Below are positions 9,650 to 19,407 of a stretch of DNA of 64,000 nucleotides, in pieces. The stretch is from an uncultured Gemmatimonadaceae bacterium (lineage in GTDB: Bacteria; Gemmatimonadota; Gemmatimonadetes; Gemmatimonadales; Gemmatimonadaceae). The notes beneath the pieces were generated by a model that was not told the origin of the DNA, made no database searches, and saw only the letters and a program-made list of their open reading frames with translations. The stretch lies in assembly GCA_963781585.1 (NCBI GenBank), contig CAWAGQ010000003.1, positions 224,001-288,000 on the forward strand. Reading direction: 5' to 3'. A program made the position numbers and the translations under genes. Each line of letters opens with the position of its first letter. Position 1 is the stretch's first letter.

Positions 9650-10666
9650 CTAGTCTTCCGCCTGACCGAAAATCGCCATGTTCGAACTGTGGCCCGGATT
9701 CACCTTCTTCTCCGGATAGATCCAGTGCACGGCCTGATTCACCGCCGTGGCGACCTCGCCAAATCCCGTGGCAATCAGCTTCAGCTTTCCCGGATATGTC
9801 GCCACGTCTCCGGCCGCATAGATCCCCGCGCGCCCCGTCTCCATCCTGCTGTTCACCAGGATCTCGTCTTTCTCGAGCGTCAGGCCCCATTCCGCGATGG
9901 CCCCCAGATCGCTCACATATCCGAGCATCGGCAGCACCACGTCGCACGGCAGCGTAGTCACTTCCTTGCTCTTCGTCGCACGCACGGTCACGCCCGTCAG
10001 CATGCCGTTGTCGCTCACCACCTCGTGCAACTCGTGGAACGTCAGGACCGCGGCGCGTCCCGCAGCGGCCGCGCGCTGGATCTCGTTCACCGTGGCCGCA
10101 TGCGCCCGGAACCGGTCGCTGCGATGGACGAGCGTCACCGACGCCGCGCGATCCAGCAGCTGATGCGCCCAGTCGAACGCCGTGTCGCCACCACCGATGA
10201 TCACCACGCGCTGCCCGCGAAAGCGCTCCGGATCGGTGACCACGTCGAAGATCCCGCGGCCATACCAGGGATGCGCCGCGGTCTGCGGTAGGCGCCTCGG
10301 AGAAAATGCGCCGATGCCGGCGGCTATCACAATCGCGCGGGTCGGGAAGCGCGCGTCGGCGGTCCGCAACTCGAATCCCCCGTCTCCCTCCACCAGGCCC
10401 GTCACCCGCTGATTCAGGTGAGCGGCGCCGCGAAACTGGAGCGCTTGCTCTTCGAGCAGCTTTACGAAGTCCTTGGCCAGGACCTTCGGAAACCCGCCAA
10501 CGTCGAAGATGTACTTCTCGGGATAGAGCGCCGTGAGCTGGCCGCCGGCCTGCGGCAGCGCGTCGAGGATTTGCGCGGCCACGCCCCGCATCCCCGCGTA
10601 GAACAGACCGAAGAGTCCAGTCGGCCCGCCGCCGAGAATCGTGATGTCGACCGGATCGTGAATCAT
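9650..10666 (-). CDS. Thioredoxin-reductase-type ferredoxin-NADP(+) reductase
   Basis: GGGPTG, GGQLTALYPEKYIFDVGG, GGGDTAFD and YAAGD...GKLKLI; no CxxC motif. Confidence 0.88.
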   Translation of the reverse strand: MIHDPVDITILGGGPTGLFGLFYAGMRGVAAQILDALPQAGGQLTALYPEKYIFDVGGFPKVLAKDFVKLLEEQALQFRGAAHLNQRVTGLVEGDGGFELRTADARFPTRAIVIAAGIGAFSPRRLPQTAAHPWYGRGIFDVVTDPERFRGQRVVIIGGGDTAFDWAHQLLDRAASVTLVHRSDRFRAHAATVNEIQRAAAAGRAAVLTFHELHEVVSDNGMLTGVTVRATKSKEVTTLPCDVVLPMLGYVSDLGAIAEWGLTLEKDEILVNSRMETGRAGIYAAGDVATYPGKLKLIATGFGEVATAVNQAVHWIYPEKKVNPGHSSNMAIFGQAED

Positions 10667-10787
10667 CGTAGCAAGATAGCGCCGCGTGGAGTCGCAGTCG
10701 CGCTGGCGCACCGCGTGGCGTTGGGTTGACCCAACGCCCATCGCGTGCCGCTCGCTGCCCCCCGGTCTCGCTCGTATCCTTAGCGCA

Positions 10788-11333
10788 ATGAAGATCTATA
10801 CCAGAACCGGCGATCGTGGCGACACCGGACTGTTCGGCGGCGGCCGCGTGGACAAGGACCATCCTCGCGTGGAAGCATACGGCGACGTCGATGAGCTCAA
10901 CGCCATTCTCGGCACCGCGCGCGCCACCGAGCCGATGCCCAGGATCGATGAAATCGTGGTGCGCGCGCAACGCGACCTGTTCAGCATCGGCGCGCTGCTG
11001 GCCACCCCTGATCGCGCGAAGATGGCTGAGCACCTCGACAAGGCGCGCATTGACGACGCTCGCATCGCGGAACTCGAGCACGCCATCGACGAATGCGAAA
11101 AAGAGCTCGACCCATTGCGCAGCTTCATCCTGCCGGGTGGCACTCCCAAGGCGGCCGCGCTGCACGTGGCCCGGACCGTCTGCCGGCGCGCCGAACGGCG
11201 GGTGGTGACCCTCCGACGGGACACCGATGTGCCGGAACTGGTCGTGCGGTACCTGAACCGCCTCTCCGACCTGCTGTTCATGCTGGCGCGCGTCGCGAAT
11301 CGTCGGGCCGGAGCGGCCGAGGTGACCTGGTGA
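10788..11333 (+). CDS. pduO: PduO-type ATP:cob(I)alamin adenosyltransferase
   Basis: MKIYTRTGDRG, YGDVDELN, FILPGG, ARTVCRRAER and YLNRLSD. Confidence 0.93.
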   Translation: MKIYTRTGDRGDTGLFGGGRVDKDHPRVEAYGDVDELNAILGTARATEPMPRIDEIVVRAQRDLFSIGALLATPDRAKMAEHLDKARIDDARIAELEHAIDECEKELDPLRSFILPGGTPKAAALHVARTVCRRAERRVVTLRRDTDVPELVVRYLNRLSDLLFMLARVANRRAGAAEVTW

Positions 11334-11399
11334 CTGGCGTCGGCGCGGGCCGGCGCAGGGACTGTGCGCCCGCCCTGCGCATCGTTCGGCGGAGGCGAC

Positions 11400-12557
11400 G
11401 TGCCTGACATCCCCATCCTCGGCTACATGGCGCGGGTGGTTCCGGGCCTCGTCGCCGAGGCCGGACCGATCGTGCACGCGGCAGCCCCGGCTCACATGTA
11501 CGCCGTCATCACCGATGACCACGTGGCGGCGAACTGGCTGACGCCGGTCCGACGTTCGCTCCAGCAGGTGCCCGGTGCGCAGGTCGTTGCGCGCGCAGTG
11601 GAGCCGGGTGAGGCACGGAAGACCCGCCAGACGTGGGCCGCCCTCACCGACTGGATGCTGGACGCCGGATGCCGCCGGGACACGACCGTCGTCGCGTTAG
11701 GCGGAGGGGTGGTGGGCGACCTGGCGGGTTTCGTGGCGGCCACGTTCATGCGCGGTGTACCGGTGGTCCAGATCCCGACCTCGCTGCTGGCGATGGTCGA
11801 TGCCGCCATTGGGGGCAAGACCGGAGTCGACGCACCGGCCGGAAAGAACCTCGTCGGCGCGTTCCATCAGCCGGCGGCGGTCCTGATCGACCCGCTGGTG
11901 CTGTCCACGCTCCCGGCGGCGCACATGCGGGCCGGCCTGGCCGAAGTCATCAAGCACGGGGCCATCGCCGATGCGGCCTTCTTCCGGGAAGCGGCGGCCT
12001 TCGGATGCCGCGTGCACGACGCAATCACCCGCGGCACCGCCCCACCGTGGAGCACCGAGGACGCCTCCGCGCTGCTGGCCCGGAGTGTCGCGATCAAGGG
12101 CGGGATCGTCTCGCGCGACGAGCGGGAGTCGGGCGAACGGCAGATCCTGAACGCCGGACACACGGTGGCGCACGCCGTGGAGTCCGCAAGCGAATACCGC
12201 ATCCTGCACGGCGAGGCGGTGGCCATCGGTCTGGTGGCCGAGTCGCGCATCGCCGAGCAGGGCGGCTGGGCGGAACCCGGGACCGCGCGGCTGCTCGAAT
12301 CCGCCCTGGCCGGCGCGGGACTGCCGGTGCAGCTCCCCTCGGAGCTCGCCGTCGACGTCCTGGTGCGCGCCATGCGGGTGGACAAGAAGATGCGTCAGGG
12401 ACGAATCGCCTTCGCGCTGCTGGCGGCTGTCGGTCGGCCGGCCGGAAGCGACGCGGGCGGTTGGAGCACGTTCGTCGCCGAAGACGACGTGCGATCGGTG
12501 CTGGCCGGGATGGCCGCGCCTGACGAGCCAGCGCGACCGGCGAAGCCGGCCGCCTGA
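11400..12557 (+). CDS. aroB: 3-dehydroquinate synthase
   Basis: LGGGVVGDLAGF, PTSLLAMVDAAIGGKT, GHTVAHAVE and HGEAVAIG. GGAGG precedes GTG 11400. Confidence 0.93.
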   Translation: MPDIPILGYMARVVPGLVAEAGPIVHAAAPAHMYAVITDDHVAANWLTPVRRSLQQVPGAQVVARAVEPGEARKTRQTWAALTDWMLDAGCRRDTTVVALGGGVVGDLAGFVAATFMRGVPVVQIPTSLLAMVDAAIGGKTGVDAPAGKNLVGAFHQPAAVLIDPLVLSTLPAAHMRAGLAEVIKHGAIADAAFFREAAAFGCRVHDAITRGTAPPWSTEDASALLARSVAIKGGIVSRDERESGERQILNAGHTVAHAVESASEYRILHGEAVAIGLVAESRIAEQGGWAEPGTARLLESALAGAGLPVQLPSELAVDVLVRAMRVDKKMRQGRIAFALLAAVGRPAGSDAGGWSTFVAEDDVRSVLAGMAAPDEPARPAKPAA

Positions 12558-12576
12558 CGAGTTGAGAGACCGTCCG

Positions 12577-12765
12577 GTGTCGAGTCTCGCGGCGCTCCTG
12601 ATCGCGCTCCTGCTGATTGTCGTGCTCGTGGCTTTCGCGGCGGTGTTGCTCGGCGTCGTCTGGTGGGCTGTCCTCGGGCTCTCGGTCCTGGCACTCGCCG
12701 CGGCATCGCTAGTGATCCGGCGCCGACTGCGCCAGTCGCGCGACGTCGAACGCGCGGAGTCATGA
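12577..12765 (+). CDS. Small membrane protein (two TM helices, basic tail)
   Basis: Very hydrophobic ORF ending IRRRLRQSRDVERAES, directly after aroB. Confidence 0.55.
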   Translation: MSSLAALLIALLLIVVLVAFAAVLLGVVWWAVLGLSVLALAAASLVIRRRLRQSRDVERAES

Positions 12766-12874
12766 AAGCCGAGCAAACAGATCACATTTCGTTCGGCGTG
12801 GCCGCAAGTTGTTGACAATTCAGGATATGCCAGAAAGGCGTCGAACCACGCCTCGCTGGCACAGAAAATGGCTG

Positions 12875-12903
12875 TTGACGGTTACGGAACGCGTTTGTAT
12901 CGT
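12875..12903 (+). promoter_or_regulatory. Sigma-70-type promoter upstream of the sigma factor gene
   Basis: TTGACG-N17-TATCGT, about 70 bp before ATG 12973. Confidence 0.6.
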
Positions 12904-12972
12904 GCGCGCCCACTCTGCAGGACCCTGTCGCGAGGAGAACTCGCCGAACTCCCTAACGGGTAAGGGGCGCGT

Positions 12973-13866
12973 ATGCAGCAAGTGACCGAGAGCCGGGCCA
13001 AAGGGTTCGTTCGTTCCTCCCCCTCCACAGCTTTCGATCAATACCTGCACGACATCCAGAAGCTCCCCCTCATCACCGATCCGGAAGAGGAACGCCGCCT
13101 GGCGCGTCGCGCCCAGAAAGGCGACGAGAAAGCCGCCGAGCGGCTGGTCACGGCGAACCTGCGATTCGTGATCTCGTACGTGAAGAAGTACCAGGGGCAC
13201 GGACTCGATCTCAGCGAGCTCGTCGCCATCGGGAACGAAGGCCTGCTGAAGGCGGTGCGGAAGTTCGATCCGGATCAGGGCGTGAAGTTCATTTCGTACG
13301 CCGTGTGGTGGGTGCGACAGGCGGTCCTCAAGGCGCTGGCCGAGCAGACGCGCTCGGTGCGCATCCCGCTCAACCAGAATTCGCAGCTGATCCGGCTGTC
13401 GCGCGCCGAGACGATCCTCTCCCAGGTGCTGAAGCGCGATCCCACCGATCACGAAATCAGCCGGCTGCTCGAGGACACAGTTGAGAACGTCCGCTCGGCG
13501 CGGCAGATGACCTCGACCGAAGTCTCCCTCGATGCTCCCATCGACCGCAGCGATCGCGACGCCGCCACGTTAGGCGAGCGGTTCTCCGGCGTCGATGGCA
13601 CCGAGATCGAGGAGCGGACTGACGGCCGGCTGATGCGCGAGTTCATCGACCGGGTCTTCGCCAAGTACCTCACTCCGCGGGAGCGCCGGATCCTCTACCT
13701 CTACTACGGGCTCGAGGAAGGGTCGGAGGCCATGACACTGGAACGCATCGGCGCGCTCATGGGCGTCACGCGGGAGCGGATCCGGCAGATTCGCGAGCGC
13801 GCCTTCGAGAAACTCCGCGAATCACCCGACGGCCGCGCCCTGGCGAGCTTCTGGACCGCCGCCTGA
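12973..13866 (+). CDS. Sigma-70 family RNA polymerase sigma factor (regions 1.2-4, no region 1.1)
   Basis: DQYLHDI, ANLRFVIS, GNEGLLKAVRKFDP, FISYAVWW and TLERIG...TRERIRQI. Confidence 0.93.
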   Translation: MQQVTESRAKGFVRSSPSTAFDQYLHDIQKLPLITDPEEERRLARRAQKGDEKAAERLVTANLRFVISYVKKYQGHGLDLSELVAIGNEGLLKAVRKFDPDQGVKFISYAVWWVRQAVLKALAEQTRSVRIPLNQNSQLIRLSRAETILSQVLKRDPTDHEISRLLEDTVENVRSARQMTSTEVSLDAPIDRSDRDAATLGERFSGVDGTEIEERTDGRLMREFIDRVFAKYLTPRERRILYLYYGLEEGSEAMTLERIGALMGVTRERIRQIRERAFEKLRESPDGRALASFWTAA

Positions 13867-13894
13867 CCGCCGTCGCCAGCCCGCGACGTACCCA

Positions 13895-13923
13895 CGGGGC
13901 CCCGGAGCGCTTCCGGGGCCCCG
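13895..13923 (+). terminator. GC-rich hairpin after the sigma gene (terminator or mRNA stabiliser)
   Basis: CGGGGCCCCGGA-gcgct-TCCGGGGCCCCG is a perfect 12-bp stem, but there is no U-tract. Confidence 0.55.
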
Positions 13924-14084
13924 CGCCGTTGAGGAGTCCGCGAGGCTGACTCGTCAGGGGTGCGCGCCCGGAGTCGTGCGGGATTCGTCATGATCAGCGG
14001 ATCCCATGCCTGCCGCCCACCCCGATCGGTCGCGTGTGCGTCTTTCTGGCCGCGCGTCGAAAGAGAACGAATTACCTTCCCCGA

Positions 14085-14756
14085 GTGAGCGTTCGTCTTC
14101 TTCCCATTTTTCCGCTCCCACTCGTTCTGTTCCCGCGGGAATCGCTCCCGCTGCACATCTTCGAACCACGCTACCGCCGAATGCTCGCAGACTGCCTGAC
14201 CCGAGACCGCCGGTTCGGCGTCGTCTGTCTTCAGGAGAACGTCGACGAGCGCGACATCCCGATCGGCACCGTAGGCTGCATCGCGCTGATCGAGCAGGTC
14301 GCGCCCCTTCCCGATGGGCGGTCCAACCTCGTGGTCAACGGAACACATCGCTTCACGCTCGAACGATTCGTGCCCGATGCGGCGCCCTACCACGTTGGAG
14401 AAGTGGCAACCATCGATGACGACCCCGAACCGCCCCTCCTGCTGAAGACGGAGGCGGAACACCTTCGCGCGTTGTTCACCCGGGTCGGCCGGTCTGCTCG
14501 CTCCCTCGCCAACGATCAGTCACCACCACCCGAGCTCCCCGAGGAAGCAGCGGACGTCTCGTTCGTGGTCGCGCAGTACCTCGATCTCGAGTTGGCAGCC
14601 AAACAGGCGCTGCTCGCGTCACGGTCGCCGTCGCACCGCCTGCGCCACCTGGTCGAACTCCTCGACGCAGTCGCCGACAGCATGGATGAGCGCGCCGACG
14701 TGCATGAGCGGGCTGGCGGAAACGGCAATGGGCCGCGACCGCGGCACCCGAAATGA
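14085..14756 (+). CDS. Lon protease N-terminal (substrate-binding) domain protein
   Basis: LPIFPLPLVLFP...LHIFEPRY, and LPDGRSNL. Confidence 0.9.
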   Translation: MSVRLLPIFPLPLVLFPRESLPLHIFEPRYRRMLADCLTRDRRFGVVCLQENVDERDIPIGTVGCIALIEQVAPLPDGRSNLVVNGTHRFTLERFVPDAAPYHVGEVATIDDDPEPPLLLKTEAEHLRALFTRVGRSARSLANDQSPPPELPEEAADVSFVVAQYLDLELAAKQALLASRSPSHRLRHLVELLDAVADSMDERADVHERAGGNGNGPRPRHPK

Positions 14757-16189
14757 CGGCACCGTCCGGGCTGGCGGCGCGTCTTGCGGCGATCGTCGGG
14801 GACAGGCACGTCCTGGAACGTCCGGCGGAGCTCCTGGTGTATTCGGCCGACGGACTGCCAGGGTATCGCAAGCGCCCGTCGCTCGCCGTGTTTCCGGGTG
14901 CGCGGGACGAAGCCGTCGACGTCGTCAGGCTGCTGGCCGCCGAGCGCGTCCCCTTCGTGCCGCGTGGGGCCGGCACAGGATTGTCCGGTGGGGCGCTCGC
15001 GGACGACGTCGTACTGTTGGGCATGAACCGGCTCACCCGCATTCTCGACATCGATGCCGCGAACCGTCGGGCTCTGGTGGAGCCGGGCGTGGTGAACGTG
15101 GCGCTGTCGCGGGCGGTCGCCCCGTTCGGCCTGTACTACGCCCCCGACCCCTCCAGTCAGGCAGCCTGCACGATCGGCGGGAATGTCGCCGAAAACGCGG
15201 GTGGTCCCCATTGCCTGAAGTACGGCACGACCGTCAATCATGTGATCGCGCTCACGGCGGTGCTCCCCGACGGCGCGGTCGTGGCGTTAGGCAGCGCCGA
15301 CGGTGAAGTGGAAGGCTACGACCTCCGCGGCGCGTTCGTCGGCTCGGAAGGCTGCTTCGGTGTCGCCCTGGACGTCACCGTGCGCCTCACACCGTTGCCG
15401 CAGGCCGTGTGCACCATGCTCGCCGATTTCGGCTCCATCGACGCCGCCGCCCTGGTGGTCTCGGCGATCATCGCCGAGGGCATCGTGCCCGCCGCTCTGG
15501 AGATGATGGATGGCCCGACGATCCGTGCCGTCGAGGCGTCCATCTACGCCGCGGGGTACCCCGTCGATGCCGCCGCCGTGCTCCTGATCGAGATCGATGG
15601 CCTCGCCGCCGGCCTCGAGCAGGACGTCGATCGCGTGGAGGAGATCTGTCGCCAGGGCGGATGCCGCTCGATCGTCACCGCACGCGACGAGGCCGTCCGT
15701 GCCAGGCTGTGGCAGGGCCGCAAGAAGGCGTTCGGCGCAATGGGACGCGTTTCGTCGCACCTGGTCGTGCAGGACGCGGTCGTACCCCGCACCAGACTGC
15801 CGGCCGTGCTCGCCGAAGTGGGGCGCATCGCGGCCGCGTACCACGTGAACGTCTGCAACGTATTCCACGCGGGCGACGGAAACCTCCACCCGAACATCGC
15901 CTACGATGGACACGACCGCGACGAGCGGGAGCGCGTTCACGCCGCGATGCGGGATATCATGCGCGCTTGCGTGGCGGCTGGCGGGAGCGTGACCGGCGAG
16001 CACGGCGTGGGACTCGACAAGCTGGATTACATGCCGCTGATCTTCTCCGACGACTCGCTCGATGCCATGTGCCGTTTGCGCGATGCCTTCGACCCGGACC
16101 GCCGTGCCAATCCGGGCAAGGTCGTTCCGGTGCGCTCCTGTCGCGAGTGGGCGGGAGTGCCGGCCACACGGGCGGTCGCGGCCACGTGA
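14753..16189 (+). CDS. glcD: Glycolate oxidase subunit GlcD (FAD-linked)
   Basis: PRGAGTGLSGG, APDPSSQAACTIGGN, FHAGDGNLHP and GEHGVG. Confidence 0.88.
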   Translation: MTAPSGLAARLAAIVGDRHVLERPAELLVYSADGLPGYRKRPSLAVFPGARDEAVDVVRLLAAERVPFVPRGAGTGLSGGALADDVVLLGMNRLTRILDIDAANRRALVEPGVVNVALSRAVAPFGLYYAPDPSSQAACTIGGNVAENAGGPHCLKYGTTVNHVIALTAVLPDGAVVALGSADGEVEGYDLRGAFVGSEGCFGVALDVTVRLTPLPQAVCTMLADFGSIDAAALVVSAIIAEGIVPAALEMMDGPTIRAVEASIYAAGYPVDAAAVLLIEIDGLAAGLEQDVDRVEEICRQGGCRSIVTARDEAVRARLWQGRKKAFGAMGRVSSHLVVQDAVVPRTRLPAVLAEVGRIAAAYHVNVCNVFHAGDGNLHPNIAYDGHDRDERERVHAAMRDIMRACVAAGGSVTGEHGVGLDKLDYMPLIFSDDSLDAMCRLRDAFDPDRRANPGKVVPVRSCREWAGVPATRAVAAT

Positions 16190-17370
16190 CGGGCAGGCTG
16201 GTGGACCGGCTGCCGACCGGGCTCTCGCGCGTGGACATTGCGGCGAACGAAACCGACGTCGTGGAGATCGTCCGTGCTGCGCACGCCGCCCGGACGCCGC
16301 TTCGCATCGTCGGCGGCGGCACCTGGCTGGAGGCGGGCCGGCCGGTGGCCGCGAAGACCGGCATCGACGTGTTGCCGCTGAGCGGTATCACCGAGTACGT
16401 GCCAGGCGACCTCACGCTCACGGCGCGGGCCGGTACCACACTGGCCGAGATCGACGCAGCCACCCGCGCTCACCGGCAGTGGCTCCCGCTGGATCCGTTC
16501 GGGCCGCCGCTCGGGACGCTGGGGGCCACGCTCGCGACGGCGTCGGCAGGGCCGCTCGCGTCCAGCATCGGGTCCCCCCGCGATGTGGCGCTGGGCCTCG
16601 CCTTCGTCTCGGGCGACGGGAAGCTCATCCGAGGCGGCGGTCGCGTGGTCAAGAATGTCGCCGGCTTCGACCTGGTCCGGTTGGCAGTGGGCGCCTGGGG
16701 CACGATCGGCGTCGTGGTCGAGGCCACGGTCAGGCTGCGCGCCCGGGCCGAGGCCGATGAAACCGTGGGCCTGCGGCTCCCGCCGACCGCGCGCGAGGTG
16801 GCGGAGCTGCTCGGTGCGATCCGCCGCGCCGCCGTTGCGCCGCTCGCGGCGGAGCTGATCTCTGCCAGCCTGGCCCAGCGGATCGGGGTGGGAGCGGAGA
16901 GCCTGCTGCTGGTGCGCCTGGCGGGAAACGCCGCGTCCGTCCGCGCGCAACGCGCCGAGACGGCGCGTTGCGCGCCGGCCGCGGACGTGGCGGCCGACGT
17001 ATGGGAACGCCTTGCCGGCGCCGAACCGCCGTCGTCCTGGATCGTTAGGCTGTCAGGCCGCCCGTCGGAACTGGCACGCCTCTGGGAGTGCGCACTCGGA
17101 TTGGTCGACGGCGCGGGTGGACTGGCGCACGCTTCCCTCGAGCGCGGCGTCGTGCGCTGCTGGCTCGACGGCGCGAACCCACCGATGCACGAGGCGGCCG
17201 TCGGGGCGCTCGACGCCGCCGGCACCCGGATCTTCGAGCGACTGCCGGCCGCCGTCTGGCTCCGCCTGACGGTCCCCGCCGCCGATGACCCGCTGTCACG
17301 CGCGGTGCGACACGCTTTCGACCCGGACCGCATTCTCAACCCCGGCATTCTCGGGGAGCTGCAATCGTGA
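16186..17370 (+). CDS. glcE: Glycolate oxidase subunit GlcE
   Basis: GTGA overlap with glcD; YVPGDLTLTARAG, GGRVVKNVAGFDL and FDPDRILNPG. Confidence 0.87.
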   Translation: MTGRLVDRLPTGLSRVDIAANETDVVEIVRAAHAARTPLRIVGGGTWLEAGRPVAAKTGIDVLPLSGITEYVPGDLTLTARAGTTLAEIDAATRAHRQWLPLDPFGPPLGTLGATLATASAGPLASSIGSPRDVALGLAFVSGDGKLIRGGGRVVKNVAGFDLVRLAVGAWGTIGVVVEATVRLRARAEADETVGLRLPPTAREVAELLGAIRRAAVAPLAAELISASLAQRIGVGAESLLLVRLAGNAASVRAQRAETARCAPAADVAADVWERLAGAEPPSSWIVRLSGRPSELARLWECALGLVDGAGGLAHASLERGVVRCWLDGANPPMHEAAVGALDAAGTRIFERLPAAVWLRLTVPAADDPLSRAVRHAFDPDRILNPGILGELQS

Positions 17371-18650
17371 GCAACGACGCGCACACCGCCGGTGCCGCCA
17401 GCCCCGCCACCGCGTTGGCCGATGCCGCGGCCGGCCTGGACGCCTGCGTCCACTGTGGATTCTGCCTGCAGGCGTGTCCCACTTACCTCGCGCTGAGCGA
17501 TGAGAACGACAGTCCACGTGGCCGACTGTTTCTCATGCGGGCCGTGGTGGAGGGCGACCTCGCGGCAACCGATCCGGCTTTCCGAACGCATATCGATCGA
17601 TGCCTGGGGTGTCGGGCCTGCGAGACGGCGTGTCCCAGTGGCGTGCCCTACGGCGCGCTGCTGGAGGCCAGTCGGGCGACCATCGGTGCCTCTCGACCCG
17701 TTCCACGCCTGACGAGGATGCTGCTCGCCACGATGGCCCGCCCGGTCTGGCGCTCGGCGGCGCTCGCCCTCGGTCGCGCACTGCGCGCCACCGGGCTGGC
17801 GCGGCTGTTCGCGCGCCTCCCGGGTCGCGTGGGATTCGCATGCGCCATGCTGGAGAGCTCCCGACCGGTCGCCATGCGCGCGAACTACGCCCCCCACGAG
17901 TCGGATGCGCGTGGCCGCGTGGCGGTGCTGGTGGGATGTGTGATGGAGGGCCTGTTTGCGCCCACCAACGAAGCGACTCGACGCACACTCGCGATGAACG
18001 AATACCGGTTGGTTCCCGCGCCGGGTCAGGGATGTTGCGGCGCGCTCCACGCGCACGCCGGTGACCTCGCCGGCGCGCGCGCGCTTGCGCGCCGCAACAT
18101 CGTCGCGTTCGAGCAATGCGGCGCCGACTCGATCGCGGTGAATGCCGCCGGATGCGGTGCGATGATGAAGGAGTACGGACACTTGTTCGGACGCGATGCC
18201 TCGTGGCGCGATCGCGCGGCCGCAATCGGGGCACGCGTACGTGACGTCACCGAACTGCTGGCGGCCGCCGGTCCGCGGCCAGGCGGCCCGCTCCCCCTGT
18301 CGGTGGCCTACGATGCACCGTGTCACCTGTTGCACGCCCAACGCGTCGGCACAGCGCCGCTCACGGTGCTCCGCGCCATTCCCGATCTCGACCTCACACC
18401 GCTTCCTGACGCCGACCAGTGTTGTGGAGGCGCGGGCATCTACAATCTGGTCGAGCCGGGGCTCTCCCGCGCGGTGCTGGCGCCCAAGCTGTCGGCCATC
18501 GGGCGCTCCGCGGCGCAATTCGTGGCCACGGGCAACCCGGGTTGCCACATGCAGATCGGTGCCGGTCTCCTGCAGACGCACCAGCCGGCGCGGTGCATCC
18601 ATCCCGTCGATTTGCTCGACGCGTCCTACGCACGCCTGCGGCCGTCGTAG
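17367..18650 (+). CDS. glcF: Glycolate oxidase Fe-S subunit GlcF
   Basis: CVHCGFCLQACP, CLGCRACETACP and two CCG domains. Confidence 0.88.
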   Translation: MSNDAHTAGAASPATALADAAAGLDACVHCGFCLQACPTYLALSDENDSPRGRLFLMRAVVEGDLAATDPAFRTHIDRCLGCRACETACPSGVPYGALLEASRATIGASRPVPRLTRMLLATMARPVWRSAALALGRALRATGLARLFARLPGRVGFACAMLESSRPVAMRANYAPHESDARGRVAVLVGCVMEGLFAPTNEATRRTLAMNEYRLVPAPGQGCCGALHAHAGDLAGARALARRNIVAFEQCGADSIAVNAAGCGAMMKEYGHLFGRDASWRDRAAAIGARVRDVTELLAAAGPRPGGPLPLSVAYDAPCHLLHAQRVGTAPLTVLRAIPDLDLTPLPDADQCCGGAGIYNLVEPGLSRAVLAPKLSAIGRSAAQFVATGNPGCHMQIGAGLLQTHQPARCIHPVDLLDASYARLRPS

Positions 18651-18714
18651 CCGGGGCTCGTGAACCGCGCCGGCGACGGTACCGTTTCCTTCCCCGCCGG
18701 TTTACTCCTTCTAC

Positions 18715-19407
18715 ATGCTGGATTCGGTGCTCTTCGAGTTTGATGGAGTTCTCGCGGACACCGCCGACGCGCGCGCGGACGCGCTGCGGTCGACGCTGCA
18801 CGTGGACGGCGTGGATCTCTCGGACGACGAATACCGGTCCGCGTGCGCCGGGCTCGGCTTCGAGGAGGCCGTGCGGAACGCGATGGCGCTGCGCGCCGCG
18901 CCCGTTGACGCCGCAGCGATCGCACTCGTGGCCTTGCGCGCCGATCGCACCTATCAGGCGTACCTTGGCAAGGGGCTGCGGCTGGCCGACGGCGCGCGCG
19001 AGGTGATCGAGCGCTTTCTGCCGGTGACCCGACTCGGCATCGTGACCCGGTCCAGTCGCCGCGAGGTCGGGTTCGTGCTCGGGCTGGCCCGCCTCGAACA
19101 CGCCTTTACGTGCATCATTGCCGCCGAGGACGCCTATCCCGGCAAGCCGTCGCCGGCGCCGTACCGGGCTGCGTTGGAGCGGCTCACGCGGCAGCGGCCG
19201 CTCCTCGCGCACGCGCGCGTCGTGGCTTTCGAGAACGGCCTGGCCGGCATCCGCGCCGCCCGGGGCGCCGGAATCGAGTGCGTGGCCGTAGGCGATCTGC
19301 CCGCGCACGTGGCGATCGAGGCCGACGCGTTGCTCCCGGGGATCACCGGCCTCACCCCTGACCGGCTGCTCACACTGCTCACGCGCAGCAGCGAGCCGAT
19401 CGTCTGA
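18715..19407 (+). CDS. HAD-superfamily protein with altered catalytic motifs
   Basis: LFEFDGVLAD, GKPSPAPY and FENGLAG. Confidence 0.8.
   Translation: MLDSVLFEFDGVLADTADARADALRSTLHVDGVDLSDDEYRSACAGLGFEEAVRNAMALRAAPVDAAAIALVALRADRTYQAYLGKGLRLADGAREVIERFLPVTRLGIVTRSSRREVGFVLGLARLEHAFTCIIAAEDAYPGKPSPAPYRAALERLTRQRPLLAHARVVAFENGLAGIRAARGAGIECVAVGDLPAHVAIEADALLPGITGLTPDRLLTLLTRSSEPIV

Noticed and set aside
12857..12873. TGGCACAGAAAATGGCT as a sigma-54 promoter
   Set aside because: The spacing is GG-N11-GC, not N10, and a good sigma-70 promoter is adjacent.
15409..16185. Apparent long fused ORFs (15409..17370, 49446..51269, 51370..53049)
   Set aside because: Their upstream parts overlap real genes out of frame; the true starts are at GTGA/ATGA overlaps.
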